A stretch of 64,000 bases of DNA from Gekko japonicus (GCF_001447785.1 NW_015169184.1:767453-831452); one strand, 5' to 3'. Positions 37,274 to 52,512 are shown, counted from the stretch's first letter. Notes: generated by a model not told the origin, from the sequence alone. Numbers and translations are program-made.

Positions 37274-39169
37274 TAGAGTAATAAAATGGTAGGATCTAAA
37301 AGTAACGAACAAATTAATACTTTAGCAAGGAACCTGCTTGGTTAGGTAGTCTTCTTCCTTCAGGCAAACAGATGATGTTGATCCCTTTACACACATCCTC
37401 CAGGTTTTGCGAGGAGACTCAAAAGTGAATAGCTTGCTTGCCTCTTCAGGTTCCCCCCTGTTTGAATTTAAGGAAGAGGTTGGGGGAGAAAATAACAGTT
37501 ACTTCAGAAATTTGAAGGGGTGGAAGAAATGCCTTCAATTTAATGCTGGTAGCATATCAGAGTGGCAGGCCATAGGTCCTCTAGCTGTACAAAAATAAAA
37601 GTCCGGACATACAAAATGCACATACAGTTAATTCAACTATGGTGTACCTATATTCCACTCCACAGATTACTGTCTCGACTTTTATCAAGAAACACACAGG
37701 AACTGAAAAGCAGACAGAACTTGGCATTTTTGAAACATATCAAGCACTAGGAAGGCGGTTGAGTAGCAACAGAAGGGATCATTTTGTTTTTCTCTCTCTG
37801 GTGCTTTTTACTCAACACAGGACCTTATGTAAAGGGTTGCCAACCTCCAGGTGATGGCTGGAGATCTACAATCGCAGCTGATCTCCAGGCAACAGAGATC
37901 AGTTTACATGAAGAAAATGGCCACTTTGGAAGGTGGCCTCTATGGCATTGTCCCCCACTGAAGTCCCTCCCCTCCCCAAACCCCACTCTCCTCAGGCTCC
38001 ACCTCCAAAATCTTCAGGTGTTTCCCAAGCTGGAGCTCTGCTAATTTCAGCTCTGCTGATAATTTGTCAGTGCTGACCACTCAAGTAAGGCTGTGCAAAT
38101 AATCTGGCATTCTGGAAACCCAATGCGTAATCCATTGTCTTGTGTTTTCCCCAGTCCAGATATGGGAGCTGTATGAACAATCACTGTTTTGTTGTTTTCA
38201 CTGTAAGAATGGGCAGTTTTGTGAAGATCTTGGTTAACTCAAACTCCATTTCACGAGCTGCAGCAAGTCACATGAGCTTCAAGTGTTTGATCCCTGGATG
38301 GCTCATCAAGTACATCTCCAGGGAAGAACAAAAAGAGCCCATCAATGTTTGGATGAATGCAGAAAAATTTCTCCCGGTATGATACTTCTGGTACACAGTG
38401 CCCAGGAGATCTTTGCATAAAACCTTCGGTGCCATTAGCCCACTCCTAGTTCTGTAGATAGCCCTAGAAGTGCCAAGTGCAAACCCCATGTGATCCTGGG
38501 AAAACAGTTCATTGGTCTGTGTACCTTTATAGACAGAAAAATTGCATGCAGCCCTTCCCACTTTCTGATTGCTCCAAGACAAACTCAGTACTTCCTATGG
38601 AACCTCTAAAGCAAGGACTAGCAAAAAGGAAGCCTTTGCCAGCTTTCAGCTATGAGCCTTGGCCTATGGTTGGCCTACCTTGCAGGGAACGTATGAAGAC
38701 CAGAAATGCCTTTGGGTTAGCTAGAAACTGTAATTTTGTTTTCTAAGTTCTATGCTTTCCTTCCTCAGTTCCCCATATATGTTTGTCTCTGTGGAGTTAG
38801 AATAGATTTTATACACAAAAGAGTTGGGCGGGTTTTTAGGCTCGTCTTCTATGCTGTGCTCACACTACTTAAAAGTACAGGAAAGCATAAGGTGGGGGAG
38901 TCATTGTTGTACTAGAGACAAGGAGCATGCTCAGTTCTGCTTTCTTCCCTCCAGTAGAAGTTCCTTCTGTGCCATGTACACCCTCTAGCCATTGAGCCTC
39001 AGAACTATTCTAAGGCCATCGGTCAGAGCCACAAAGAGTTGAGCTCCCAGAGGGCAGTATTCAGAGGAACTGGGCTTCCTGCATAAATCATCATTAAATA
39101 TCAATCCTAATTGTTGTATCTCAAAAAGCATATTGCTGAGGTGGGGAAAACACAAAAGAGCACAACCCA

Positions 39170-39545
39170 AGGCTAGACAATTCAGAACTTTTCTCTCTGG
39201 AAAAAAGACAGCCTAAGGGGAGAAATGACAGAGGTTCCTGTTGGCTGGAGAAAGTGGATAGAGGCTGCTTTTTCTCTCTCTCCCATAATTCTAGAACTCA
39301 GGGGTACCCAATGAAATTGTTGGAAGATAGATTCAGGACAGACAAAAGGAAATACTTCTTTAGTAAGTAACTAAAGCTATGGAATTCACTGTCAGTAAAG
39401 CTAGTGATGGCCACAACCCCAGATAGCTTCAGAGGGTTATTAGGCAAATTCATGGAAGAGAGGTCCATCAGTGGCTACTGGCCAGGGTGACTGAAGGGAG
39501 CCTCCATCCACAGAGGCTGCAAACCTCAGAATACCAGTGACGAGA
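39170..39545 (+). mobile_element. Old CR1 fragment
   Basis: Degenerate CR1 ORF2 3' end (FSLEKRXLRG...GGACAGACAAAAGGAAATACTTCTT). Confidence 0.7.
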
Positions 39546-40164
39546 GGCTATGGTTGCTAGATGTGGCCTGGTGACTGGTAGGAAATGAGGGGATTGGGGA
39601 TTCGTGAACAGAGGTTTATCGGCATCCTTGGTGCAAAGACATCCTTTCTAGGACCACTTGTGACGTTGTCATGCTGGGAGTAATGCTCTAACATTTGCCT
39701 AAAATGCTATGGTTTAAACATTTGGGTGAATAGTACAGTATCAGTTGGCATGATAATGATGTCACTTCCGGATCATGCCACTGGAGACACTGATCGTGCC
39801 TCCCTCCCATTTTGCCAGGAAATTTACTCCCACTGTCCAGCTGAGCAGAAGGGGAGAGAGCAGTGGTTGAGAGGTTTCCTGCTGCAGGCGTGAAACCCTA
39901 CACAGGGCTGTGGCCCATCCTGTTCATTGACTCCCAAAAGCAGTTGGTGGGCCACTGTATGAAACAGTATGCTGGACTGGTCTGATCCAGCATGCTCTGC
40001 TTAAATATACCTCCACAATGGACTCTGTGCTCTTCTCTTGCTCAACTGGGTGATTTGCTTGATATTTAATATCGGTGGAAATTCTGTGTGGATGTGATGT
40101 GCCTATTTACAGCAGAGACTGAATTTGACATTACCCTAGATGTGAAAAATAGCCAAGAAATTAC

Positions 40165-42314
40165 CATAAAAAATTAACCTTTATTATTTTTGCACATTAG
40201 TAATGTTGTATAGCATTATTTAGAATATTAGTAGCATTTCCTGCATGCATTCACCAATACAGCGTAAGTTGATAATTTATGAAAAGAAAGAATCTATATT
40301 TAACATATCCCGTGTAAGAAACAGAAAATGTCCTGATGTGTTTGGTTATACCATTTTGCTATTTTTTTTCTGTGAAAAAATACTGTGGACCCAAGATACA
40401 TTATTAACAATTATAAAGAATGAGTTAAAAGAATAAACACAGTCGGCATAAATAAAACTGGGAAAAGAGCATAATTCTGCAAAAGAAAAATAAGGCTACG
40501 GTTGCTGATGCAGGCACTGCTAGAAATTTGAACAAAATATTACACCTTCCAACGGCAGAGAACAGCTGGAAGCAAGCAAACTGTGAATCTTTCCTTCACA
40601 AATCATTGAATTATTGCACCCTGAAAATGTTTTTGCAAGTACAATTTAAAAAGCAGGAAGCTACAATTACCCGTCTCTTCTTCATTTCTTATTTTCTGAA
40701 GTTCTTCCATGAAAAAGTGCTTATGGACAGAAAGGAACCAAACAAAGGCTGCAGCCTGAAGATAAAATTCATTTTCTTATGTACATAAAATGCTCAAAAA
40801 TAAAATAACATGATTTTTACAATATTTATATTGGCTTATAAAATTCTAACCACATTATTTTCAACAGGTGTAGCAGTTTGCAACATTTCTGTACAGTCTG
40901 ACTATACATCGGATTTATATTTACTTAAGATTAAAAAAAGAAGAGTCAAACCAAAATCTCTCAAGTAAGCTGCAAATATTGCTTAATGATATGAGGGAAT
41001 GAGGTCTTGTTGAACATTTTCTTCACTTTTACTCTTGACATATGGCTTCCCATATTTAAGATTCTGGACAGCAGAAGGAAGTGCAGCGTACGCAATATAA
41101 ACATGCATCGATAGGATCCAAACTATCTATAATGGCAGAGAATACATCTTTTTTTTTTTAATCTGTTGAAAGCTTGCACACTAAACCTATTTGTGGTACA
41201 TATTTGATGCAATAAATGTGCTCAGAATCATTATTCATTTGCTCAAACGTGCACCACAGGTAAAACTGCTATTTACACAACAGAGGGCTTGTCATGAAAA
41301 CACAGATATTGGCAACCTCGCAGGGAGCTGAAGATGGCTAAACAATACTGCAGGGGGAAGCAGAACAAATCTAGAAAGGGGTGGGTGGGTTGGTCAGTTC
41401 GGATTTTCAAGGGCCACTTAATCGAAATACACTGTACAGGGGGGGGAGGGAAAAAATGTAACATAAACCCATTGACTCCGGACTCCCACCTTTGTTGAGA
41501 TTTCATAGTCAGTGCAAAAGAATCCATCTGCTTTGCTCATTTGGATTATTGGGGGACTTTAGAGGCATTTACAGACTTGCCTGGATGGAACACAACATGA
41601 AGACATTTGTTAAAGCACCTCAAAACTGAGTATTCCCTCACGGTAACAGAGTTATTAAAAACCTGTTGCACTTTGTGACATAATGCTTTTTGTTTCTTTG
41701 TTTTTCTCCCCATGCATGATCTATAAGTGCAACATGCCTCCATGCAAATCATTTTTGGTGTGCATATCAGAGAGTCGTATAATAGAACATCTGGTCCTCA
41801 TACCGGTACCATTAGTACTGAATCCCATCCCCAACATAAACCCCATTTACAAAAATAGTCACAATGTGTGAATAAAAAGGAGGGGGAGGGGAGAGAGATG
41901 AATCCACTGACACAGATTTTTGTAAAAAGATGACAAATGTGGCAGTTGAAATGCAAACAGTGGATACACTGACTGTATTATAAGTGTTTTTATGGTTCAA
42001 CACACAAAAAAATATTGGTTTCAACCCCTTGGACTGGTCCCCACAGTCTGAGTAGCCATTTTTCCTCTCCTCTTCAGCAGTGTCAGCTGGTAATGAAGAC
42101 AGTAGCCTCCTGTCATTTCCCCCTCATTTTATAGTCCGATTTGGATGGCAAGGGGCTGCTGTCCTGTTATAGGCACTGACCTTAAGAATACAGTATATTT
42201 GTAAAAACTGTCAGTTTGGCATACACCTCCCTAGAGGAGTCCTGTAGACACAACTATGTTACTCACACAGGCTGTAAACAATTTGTCACCCAATCAGAAC
42301 TGTTAATGAAAACT
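40165..42314 (-). other. SCN1A 3'UTR (~2.1 kb, no recognisable TEs)
   Basis: Follows stop codon; AT-rich; contains blocks typical of SCN 3'UTRs (e.g. CCTGTGGTGCACGTTTGAGCAAA and TTTATTGCATCAAATATGTACCAC at ~41190-41260); end inferred from polyA signal. Confidence 0.7.
40180..40185 (-). terminator. Probable SCN1A polyadenylation signal AATAAA
   Basis: AATAAA on minus strand followed by T/GT-rich sequence, at the edge of the repeat-free 3' block. Confidence 0.65.
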
Positions 42315-43483
42315 TTACTTTTTCTTCTGTACATCTTTGTCTTCCTTCTCGTGCTTTTCTTCAATGGGCTTGGTTACACGGTCATAGGATGGGGGGCACA
42401 TCGCTGTCGACATGGTCAGGTCTGTTTTTTCTGTGTACGAGTTCTCTAACTTGTCGAGGAGGATTTCATCTTTGAGTCGTTGGCCAGTGCCTCCTTCAAT
42501 TTTATTTTTATATGCAAAGGAAGCTTGGGTTATTGTTCGTCTGAGACGATATCGTCTGTAGGCCCGCTGGATAATGATAGCAGATAACTCCTCCTGTTTT
42601 CGTTTTAACGTTGTGGTGATAGGCTCATAGGAGGCTTTGGAAGGATTGGACTGCATGAAGCGGTCTTCCATCTGTATGCGAAGAGCATCCATCTCTCCAC
42701 TCTCCCCCAGTACACGTTTTGTAAAAGCAAATAAGATGTCAAGGCAGTGAATTCGGTCACCACTTACCATGGGGAGATCCATTGCAATAAGCAGAACCTT
42801 ATTTGGTTTAGGTAAATTAAGAGGAGGCTCTAGAGCAGCTGCAAACTCAGAAAGTTTTTCAAATTCCATGAACTGAGTTGCATCAGGATCGAACTTTTCC
42901 CAGACTTCATAGAACATCTCAAAATCATCCTCGCTCAAAGGCTCGCTACTCTCTTCTGTCGCTACACCGAAGTTCTCCAGAATAACAGCAATGTACATGT
43001 TTACGACAACTAGAAAGGATATGATAATGTAGCTCACAAAGAAGAAAATCCCAACAGGGGGGTTGCCGCAGTTTCCTTTGACTGAGCTTCCCGGATGAGG
43101 CAAGTCGGGGTCACAGTCTGGAGGCCCACTGTTGAGCATGGGTGCTAGCAAACCATCCCAGCCAGCAGATGTGGTAATCATGAAGAGGCAGATCATGCTG
43201 TTTCCAAAAGTTTCAAAGTTGAACATGTCATCAACCCCAACCTCTCTCTTGACGTAGGCAAAGTTGGACATTCCAAATATAGCATAGATGAACATGACGA
43301 GGAAAAGCAAAAGGCCAATGTTAAACAAGGCAGGCAGAGACATCATCAAGGCAAAAAGGAGAGTGCGGATCCCTTTAGCGCCCTTGATAAGCCGCAGGAT
43401 TCGACCTATCCTGGCAAGCCGGATAACTCGGAACAAGGTGGGGGACACAAAGTATTTCTCAATAATCTCTGCCAGAAACATAC
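42315..43483 (-). CDS. SCN1A: SCN1A (Nav1.1) terminal coding exon 26: DIV S3-S6 and C-terminus
   Basis: S4 [16 protein letters not shown], pore [12 protein letters not shown] motif [10 protein letters not shown] motif PPSY; C-terminal [23 protein letters not shown] is SCN1A-type; adjacent to TTC21B on same strand; ACAG|GT ATG acceptor, TAA stop. Confidence 0.96.
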
Positions 43484-44221
43484 CTGTGGAAAAACAAATA
43501 AAACAACCATGTAAGGGATAACTATTTATAACAGGTTGGATCTAAAGCACCACAAACAGAATGAAACTGTGGAAGTGGAAATACACTGTGGAGTGGAAAT
43601 ACACTGTTTCCCCTCTGCCACTGCATCACACTATTCCACTTCTGGGGGTCAAGGGCCACACAGGAATAACACGTGGAGCGAAGTGCGAGGGAGTCTGCAG
43701 TGTGCAGGGGAATCGGAAAAAATCCCCCTTCCCATCTGGCAATGATAGTGTTTTAACATTTGTTGATGGGAACTTCACCCTATGATAGCTAGTAAAGAAC
43801 AGTGAGCTGTATCCAAAGGTTCGGTTCCATTAATGACACAGTCTTCTTCCAATAAATTATTATTCCAATTCCAATAAAGTATTAAGGCTTCTTGTACTAT
43901 CAGAAGACTCCTTATATCAGAGGAGGGTAGTGGGACCATACCTTTAGATCCAACCTAGTATAAATGTTTCTAAATATATACTACTTATTATATATTTAGA
44001 AACTGAGAAGACGTATGTCACTGATGTATGTTACTGAAGAATTAAAATGAAGTGAAGAGTTAAAATTGCCAGACTATGTAAGACTAACAAATGTATGTAG
44101 TTGACCCACTGTAGTGGAAATCTAGTATATAAGAGTTAGAGAGTGAAGGAAGATGGTGTGGTACAGCCCAATCTCATTGGATCTCAGGAGCTAAACAGGG
44201 TCGGAACTTGGAAGGGAGACC

Positions 44222-45444
44222 TGTTATGCCTGGACCCCTCCTTCTTCAGAAGGACTAGTCTGATACCTTGGAAAAGGTGACAGCAGGCAACCTTCTTTTT
44301 TAACATCTCAGAGGGTTACCCACTCTAAACTCCTCCCTGGTCTGCAAATAGGATCAAAATAGGTCCTGCAGTCACATGGAATGTGTGTCATCAAATACTG
44401 ACCAGAGGCTTGTCTGGAAAACATCCCAAAGGTGAATTGTGAAAGGGTCTGGTTTCTGGCAGCTCCCTTCCCTCTTTAAATCCATCAGTGTCAACCAGTG
44501 TTCCCTCTAAGCTGAGTTAGTGTGAGCGAGCTCACAGTTTTTTAGCCTCTGGCTCACACATTTTTCTCTTAGCTCAGGAAGGGTGGCTCCAGAGCAAACT
44601 GATCTATGCAGCAGCCAAATCGCTCACTCACAACTTTAATGCCAGTAGCTCACAGAGTAGAATTTTTGCTCACAAGAATCCATAGCTTAGAGGGAGCATT
44701 GGTGTCAACGATTGATTTCTCAGAAAGGGCAGTAAATCTAAGCAACTCCCCACCTTCCCTGACCTTTCCTTACCTGGTCATCCTAAGTGAACATCTAGCA
44801 AAATTCATTTTAATCCTATAACACCCCTTGAAATAGTTTTCTAGTCTTGGCAATTAGAGGTCACCAAGCACAACAGACATTTTCATATGAATGTTACATT
44901 GCATTTGCAGTTGCTGGGAAAGTTATGAAGCTTCCTTGCTCAGACACATTGTTCCATTCTAGGAGCAATCACGTCATATCCCAAAGGGTATATCAATCCA
45001 CACTCTGTTCAGTAGTGTATCTGAGAGAGAGAGAGAGAGTGTGTGTGTGTGTGTTTGGAGGTCCACTAATTTACACACTCAACACGAGATTTGGGTACCC
45101 CTGCTTCCTTGAGTGAGATGCTGGTTTGCCTTGCTCGCCCTTCTTCTTGTTCTCTGTTCCTTGGATAGGTAAATATAACCCCATAAAATAAGTACCCCTC
45201 TCTGTCTCTATAAGCTACCACCTTTATTTTCTGAACTTGTACGAGTGTTTATAGAGTGCTCTTCATTTAATAAGTTTTTTTTATTTTATTCTTTAATTCT
45301 CTTTAATAAAAACCATTTCATAAATCTCAGCCTAGTTCATTTTGAGAGTTCTACTGAGGGAAAAATCCCCGTATACATAGGTGGCGATCCTGCTTGATTA
45401 TCCCCAACAAACTCAGGAGACCCTCACAACATCTTAGGGTAACA
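44222..45444 (+). mobile_element. Solo LTR (~1.0 kb after removing the MITE)
   Basis: TGTTA...TAACA termini, perfect 4-bp TSD GACC (44218-21 / 45445-48), AATAAA ~45305. Confidence 0.8.
44496..44701. mobile_element. hAT MITE (206 bp)
   Basis: TIR CA(G/A)TG(T/C)TCCCTCTAAGCT; perfect 8-bp TSD GTGTCAAC. Confidence 0.92.
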
Positions 45445-45634
45445 GACCACCAAGGGAGACTCTGCAGAGGAAGGCAATGGCAAACCACCTCTGCTTCTCA
45501 CTTGCCTTGAAAACCCTTTGCTGGGGTAGCCATAAGTCGACTGTGACTTGACGGCACTTCACACACACACACATGAATGAGAGATGTTAGTTTAGTTTTA
45601 AAAGTTGACTCATTCAATTTAGAACAGTTCTTAC

Positions 45635-45905
45635 CTACAATGGAGAGGATGACAACCACGAAATCAAAAATGTTCCATCCAATGGTGAAATAATAGTAGC
45701 GCAAGGAAATCAGTTTTAAGACACATTCTCCAGTGAAAAGGATAATGAACACGAAGTTAATCCTATATAAAATGTTTTCCATTTCATCACTTTGGTCATC
45801 TGTTTCTACCATCATGGTGACCATATTAAGGCAGATAAGAATCATGATGCTTATGTCAAAAACTTGTTTTGTCACAAAATCAAAGACCATGCCTTGGAAT
45901 TTGTT
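45635..45905 (-). CDS. SCN1A: SCN1A coding exon 25 (DIV S1-S3)
   Basis: 271 nt; [38 protein letters not shown]...[11 protein letters not shown](G); CAG/GTAAG. Confidence 0.97.
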
Positions 45906-45916
45906 CTGGCAGATGG

Positions 45917-45942
45917 GAGAGAGAGAGAGAGAGAGAGAGAGA
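45917..45942 (-). repeat. (CT)13 microsatellite forming the polypyrimidine tract of SCN1A exon 25
   Basis: (GA)13 on plus strand, 11 nt from the exon start. Confidence 0.95.
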
Positions 45943-46098
45943 TATTTGTTCAATGAAGATGAAAAGGGTCATTTTATCAAGATAACAGTACAAATCTGAT
46001 TAAAATATTGTCCTTTTGCCAGCAAGCACTACACTTGGCCATCTTAAATGAGAAATCTGAAACAACACAAGGATATTGTATCTCAAATTTAAGTTTTA

Positions 46099-47998
<1,900 letters not shown>

Positions 47999-48264
47999 CT
48001 ACAAAGTAAGCAAAATAATGGTCAAATATGTTGCAAGATACCTTGCTCAATAAAAAAAGGCTAGAAGCACTGGTTTAAAATACATCTTTCTAGGGCTGAA
48101 TCTTCATTTGCATTCAGACATAAGGCCTCACACTCCTCATGGTATCAAATCGATTAGAATGTTTTTTTTTAATTGAACAGAATTTCTATTCACCTTTTTA
48201 TTAAGCTCAAGTGTATTTCATATGTAAATATAAAAGTAGAGGGTAAACACTAAAGTATACTTAC

Positions 48265-48318
48265 ATTTTTTGAATCAATTGCTGCATACATGATATCCAT
48301 CCATCCTTTAAATGTAGC
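48265..48318 (-). CDS. SCN1A: SCN1A coding exon 22 (DIII pore loop, K of DEKA)
   Basis: 54 nt; ATFKGWMDIMYAAIDSKN; TAG/GTAAGT. Confidence 0.96.
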
Positions 48319-51041
48319 CTATATTAGGAAAATATTTTGCATATAAAATTCTTAACTTATGGTAGAGCTCAATAATTTACATCAAGGTTTTTACTAGAAA
48401 CAGGATATGACATACAGAGAAACACATAAAAGTTTAATAAATGAGCTGTTCTAACTAAAAGCTTTTCTTTCAGTGTCATCAAGACAATTTGGTAGTGGGA
48501 TTGCAAAATCTTTGCTGTAACATGTAGCCTTCTCTGCCCCCTCCCCATATTACAAACAAGCTGCTGTTCACACCATGGAAAAAAGCAAACTTAGGAACAA
48601 CCCTGTGAAGGGCTAAACCTGCCCACCTTCTCTGAGATTGAGTGGCCCCCAATCCCCACCAACAGTGGTGCCAAGAGGCTGCTGTGTGTTTCCATGCACA
48701 CAAGAGAACCATTTTGCTGCCCTTCCACAATCACTGCAACATCTCGCAATCACTGCAACATCTTCCACTTGCACGTGAGCATCATAGTGATGGACATGTT
48801 GCTAGAGAGGTGAGCATAGTCCTTTTTATTTTCTGACTTTACAGATCTGCAGTTTCTGCACTAGGAATGGGACCTTTTGAAACACACATAAGAAGTGTCA
48901 ACTACAAAATGTGCATCCTAGCATTTATCAACTGTTCAGAAATTTGGGTGGGGGGACAAAAATCATTGGCCCAATCTTGGGCTGCGGTCAGAAATGCCAT
49001 TTGGCACGATTGGGAAGCACTCCTATTTCATCCATCGGTATTTGCAATGGAGTTGCTCGATCAGACATCCCAGTATAATCCGTTTTGCTGCGGGTTCAGC
49101 CCATCACTGCGCAATCAGATGGCATGGACAAGTGAGGGGTTTTTTGACATGTTTTTGTGCATGCACATAAACAATGGTGGAGTTTTTTGCACATGCTTCC
49201 AGGAGTCGAGTCTCCACTTTGACCGCTCTCCAATCCTTCCATGGAGCACTGTGATCCCTTTGGTTCTCAATGAGCCATGGTCACCTGACAAAGATCACTC
49301 TCTTTCCTGCTTGTTTTCAAAGCTGGCCTAGAGATGGCGACAATTGTGTGGTTATGCACATATCGCTAAGTGAGCAAAAAAAAGGGCGCCCAGTTGGGAT
49401 GGAATGAGCAAACCATCCCGATGGCCTGAGAGTGTGGTTGAGTGATCAGAGTATTCCATTTCAGGGACAGACCAGGACAGGGTGCTGATGACTGCGGAAT
49501 CTTTCACAGATGTTGCTGTCTGATTGTGCACTTTAGATCCATCAGGCATCAGCATCAAAGTTGGATCTAAAGGCACATCTGATCACAGCTTGAAAGCACA
49601 AACAGCCCTCTTCCTGCAACATGGTAGATCATCTACAACTTGGTTGCCCAGAATAGCACAGGGAAAGGCACTCTTGCCTATTGTATGGAGTACTGAGACT
49701 AGAAAAGATAGACAGTATCAACATATACCTTGGTCATCTACAGATCTGGAAAGATGGGTGGGTGGGAGAATAATTAAGAACCACATATATAGCATATATA
49801 GAACTGTGTGTGTGTAAATGCATCATTTCCAATTTTCTACTAATATTTTTTTCACTGTTGGTCTCATAGGAACTTCCTTTCTCCACTCATGAAGTACAGT
49901 TTCCTTATGCAAGGCCAACATCCATTAGGTCGGTCTATCCTCAGATGAGACTTACTCAGACTTCTCAGCTCAGTCCTTCATTTGGCCTAGATGGTCCAGT
50001 AGCCTCTAGCAAAAATCTATGGGACAAGACGAGTGTCTTCTTTTAAGGATGCTTCTGCAGAAAGTGATGGTACTTGAGCAAGCCCTTAACTACGCGCATG
50101 CATCCAATTTATTTAGGTGCACTTAACTTTCTTAGTGTTGTACCCCAAAGGTCTAAACCACAATTTAGGGGTGTGGTTATGTCAAAATCATTTCTTTGTC
50201 CTATTGAATTTCCAGCAGAAAGGTGGTAAAGAGGTAAGAAAAGGCAAAATAGAATATGTGGGAAAACAAGGAGTCTGATGGACCCAGGGCACAAGAAGCG
50301 CAAACATATAGTAGACATTGTACAGTAAACTATTTAAGCCCTAAACACACATGTGCCTACATCCTACTTGTATACACATCCATCTGTTGTAAAACAGTCT
50401 ATGTGCTTTCAGTTTTAAAGTAAAAGTGTGGACCAGTACCTGAATACATGTGGGGTTTAAATCATAGGTTCAGTCATACATACGTTGAATGTAATATAAG
50501 AATTACGTAATGCATGTAGAAAGAAAAATGTGGATAGAATATGTGCTCACTGTAACTACTGGTAAGATGGCTGCCAGGGATATATTTATGTATAAGCAGT
50601 AGGAATCCTTAGCTTCTATCAGTTGAGTAATTTAGATTGCTGGAAGGTCCATAGTATTGCTGCTAAAGAACTTTGACAGAATGTTTAAGAGTATGTCTCA
50701 GAAATTTTATCTTTAACAAAGCTGCTTTGATAAGCACACCATATAAATTAACTCAGGCTAAATTTCTGATGCTGCTCCAACTGCCAGTGAAAAGTGGAGA
50801 GGAAAGAGAATTACCCCCCCCCCCATTTTTAACACCTGAAGAAATAGGGAAGGGTAACTCTTTGTGCTTTGGTTTAATGGAGGTCTAAGAAAACAATCAT
50901 ATAGTTACTTGAATACATCCTGTCAAATTTAGTGAAACTTACTTCCCAGTAAACCAGCATAGGCTCAGAATGTAAGCAACAAAAATACTGAACTCATTTT
51001 TAACTATACACTCAATAAAGTAGTAAAAAGGATGCACTTAC

Positions 51042-51323
51042 TACTTGCAGTAAAGAAAGATACCCAAATCCTACATTATCAAAATTAACTTTCACATTTT
51101 TCCATCGGGCTGTTTCATTGTTTTCCATAAGGCTTTTACACTGACTGAAATTGTTGACTTGATCAACAGGGAACCTTTCTTCATTTGTGGTATTAACACA
51201 GTAGTAGAACTTGCCAGCAAACAGATTTACGCCCATGATGCTGAAAATTAGCCAGAATATAAGACAAACGAGAAGCACGTTCATGATGGATGGAATTGCT
51301 CCTAAAAGGGCATTCACAACCAC
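51042..51323 (-). CDS. SCN1A: SCN1A coding exon 21 (DIII S5 and extracellular loop)
   Basis: 282 nt; [39 protein letters not shown]...[19 protein letters not shown]; TAG/GTAAGT. No upstream coding exon 20 was found in the window. Confidence 0.97.
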
Positions 51324-51445
51324 CTAGTGCACAGATATAGGAGGAAAAGAAAACAGTGTAAGAATACAAAGAACAGTAACATTATTGCTCTATTGCACCA
51401 ATGCGTACTTATTCTAAATCTGTTAAACACAATTTTGATTGCAAC

Positions 51446-51652
51446 CAGGGGTCATTGGGGGGGGACGCAGGGGGACGCCATCCCCCTGGGTGAGGTGCGG
51501 GAGGGCGGGGCCTGGAGCTCCCTGCTGGTGCCCGCTGGAGGTCGCCGCCGGCTGTGGGGAGGACACACTTCTGGTGATGTCAGGGGGTGTGGCATATGCT
51601 AATGAGTTATGCTAATGAGTCCCCTAGCTCTTTTTCTACGAAATGACCCCTG
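51446..51652. mobile_element. hAT MITE (207 bp)
   Basis: TIR CAGGGGTCATT; perfect 8-bp TSD ATTGCAAC. Confidence 0.92.
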
Positions 51653-52512
51653 ATTGCAACAGAGTCACAGTGTTTTACATTTTAATACTATCACATACTC
51701 AAACAGGACAACAAAGATGGAGTAAAAACGTAAAAAAATCTAAAGAAAAACCAAAATACGAAAAAGAAGGAAAAACAAACCAAAACCTGATAACATGGAG
51801 GCAGTTGATCTCTGTAAGAAAAGAGACATGCATTAAATACTAGTATGGGAAATCAAAATTAAAAAGAAAATGAAATAAATTGTTGCTTATAAACTAAAAT
51901 GACTTGCATCTTTTCTTTAAAACTACCAACACAGATATCACATATTTCATTCAGGGAATGAGTTAAGAGTTAGTACTTTTCGAGTACTACATGTAATCAT
52001 GCATTATTATTACAAAGATTAATTTTTTTGCATAAGGAAGCCAGACAGTTTTGCAATATGTGCTTATCTGAATAATCACATAGTTTATTTCAAGCTCCAG
52101 TCATTCTTAAGTAAATTGATTTCCTTTCATTTAAACATTTTGTTGAAGAAAATAAAAAGAAGACAATCATAAGTCAATATAAGGAAGGGGGTTAGATAAA
52201 GCTTCAAAAACATTTAAACAAAAATATTACTGGATGATTTGAATAAATTAAGATGTCACCTTGATTCTTAAACTATGACAACTCTTTTTGGAAAGTTATT
52301 GAAGAAAATTTAGGGGAGAAGAAATGTTACATAGAAAAACAAAGTTTCTACTTTAGAGTCACTGCAGAGTTTAACAGTGTAAAAGCCTGGCAGGAATATT
52401 TCAGAATGGGATGTAATTCTGTATATTAAATCTTATCACAGTCTCTGATCCAAGACAGCATAAAGTATCCAAAACTGTATGGCGTGGAACCCTTTGAAAA
52501 AATAAATAAATT

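Larger units (their letters stand above)
44150..45572 (+). mobile_element. 5S rRNA-derived SINE (5S-Sauria type) split by an LTR
   Basis: Head GCCCAATCTC...GATCTCAGGAGCTAAACAGGGTCGG...ACTTGGAAGGGAGACC resembles 5S rRNA; tail GAGGAAGGCAATGGCAAACCACCTC...GACTTGACGGCAC + (CA)n resumes at 45449. Confidence 0.75.

Noticed and set aside
44160-44221. 5S rRNA-like sequence
   Set aside because: Truncated, diverged and fused to a SINE tail; not a functional rRNA gene.
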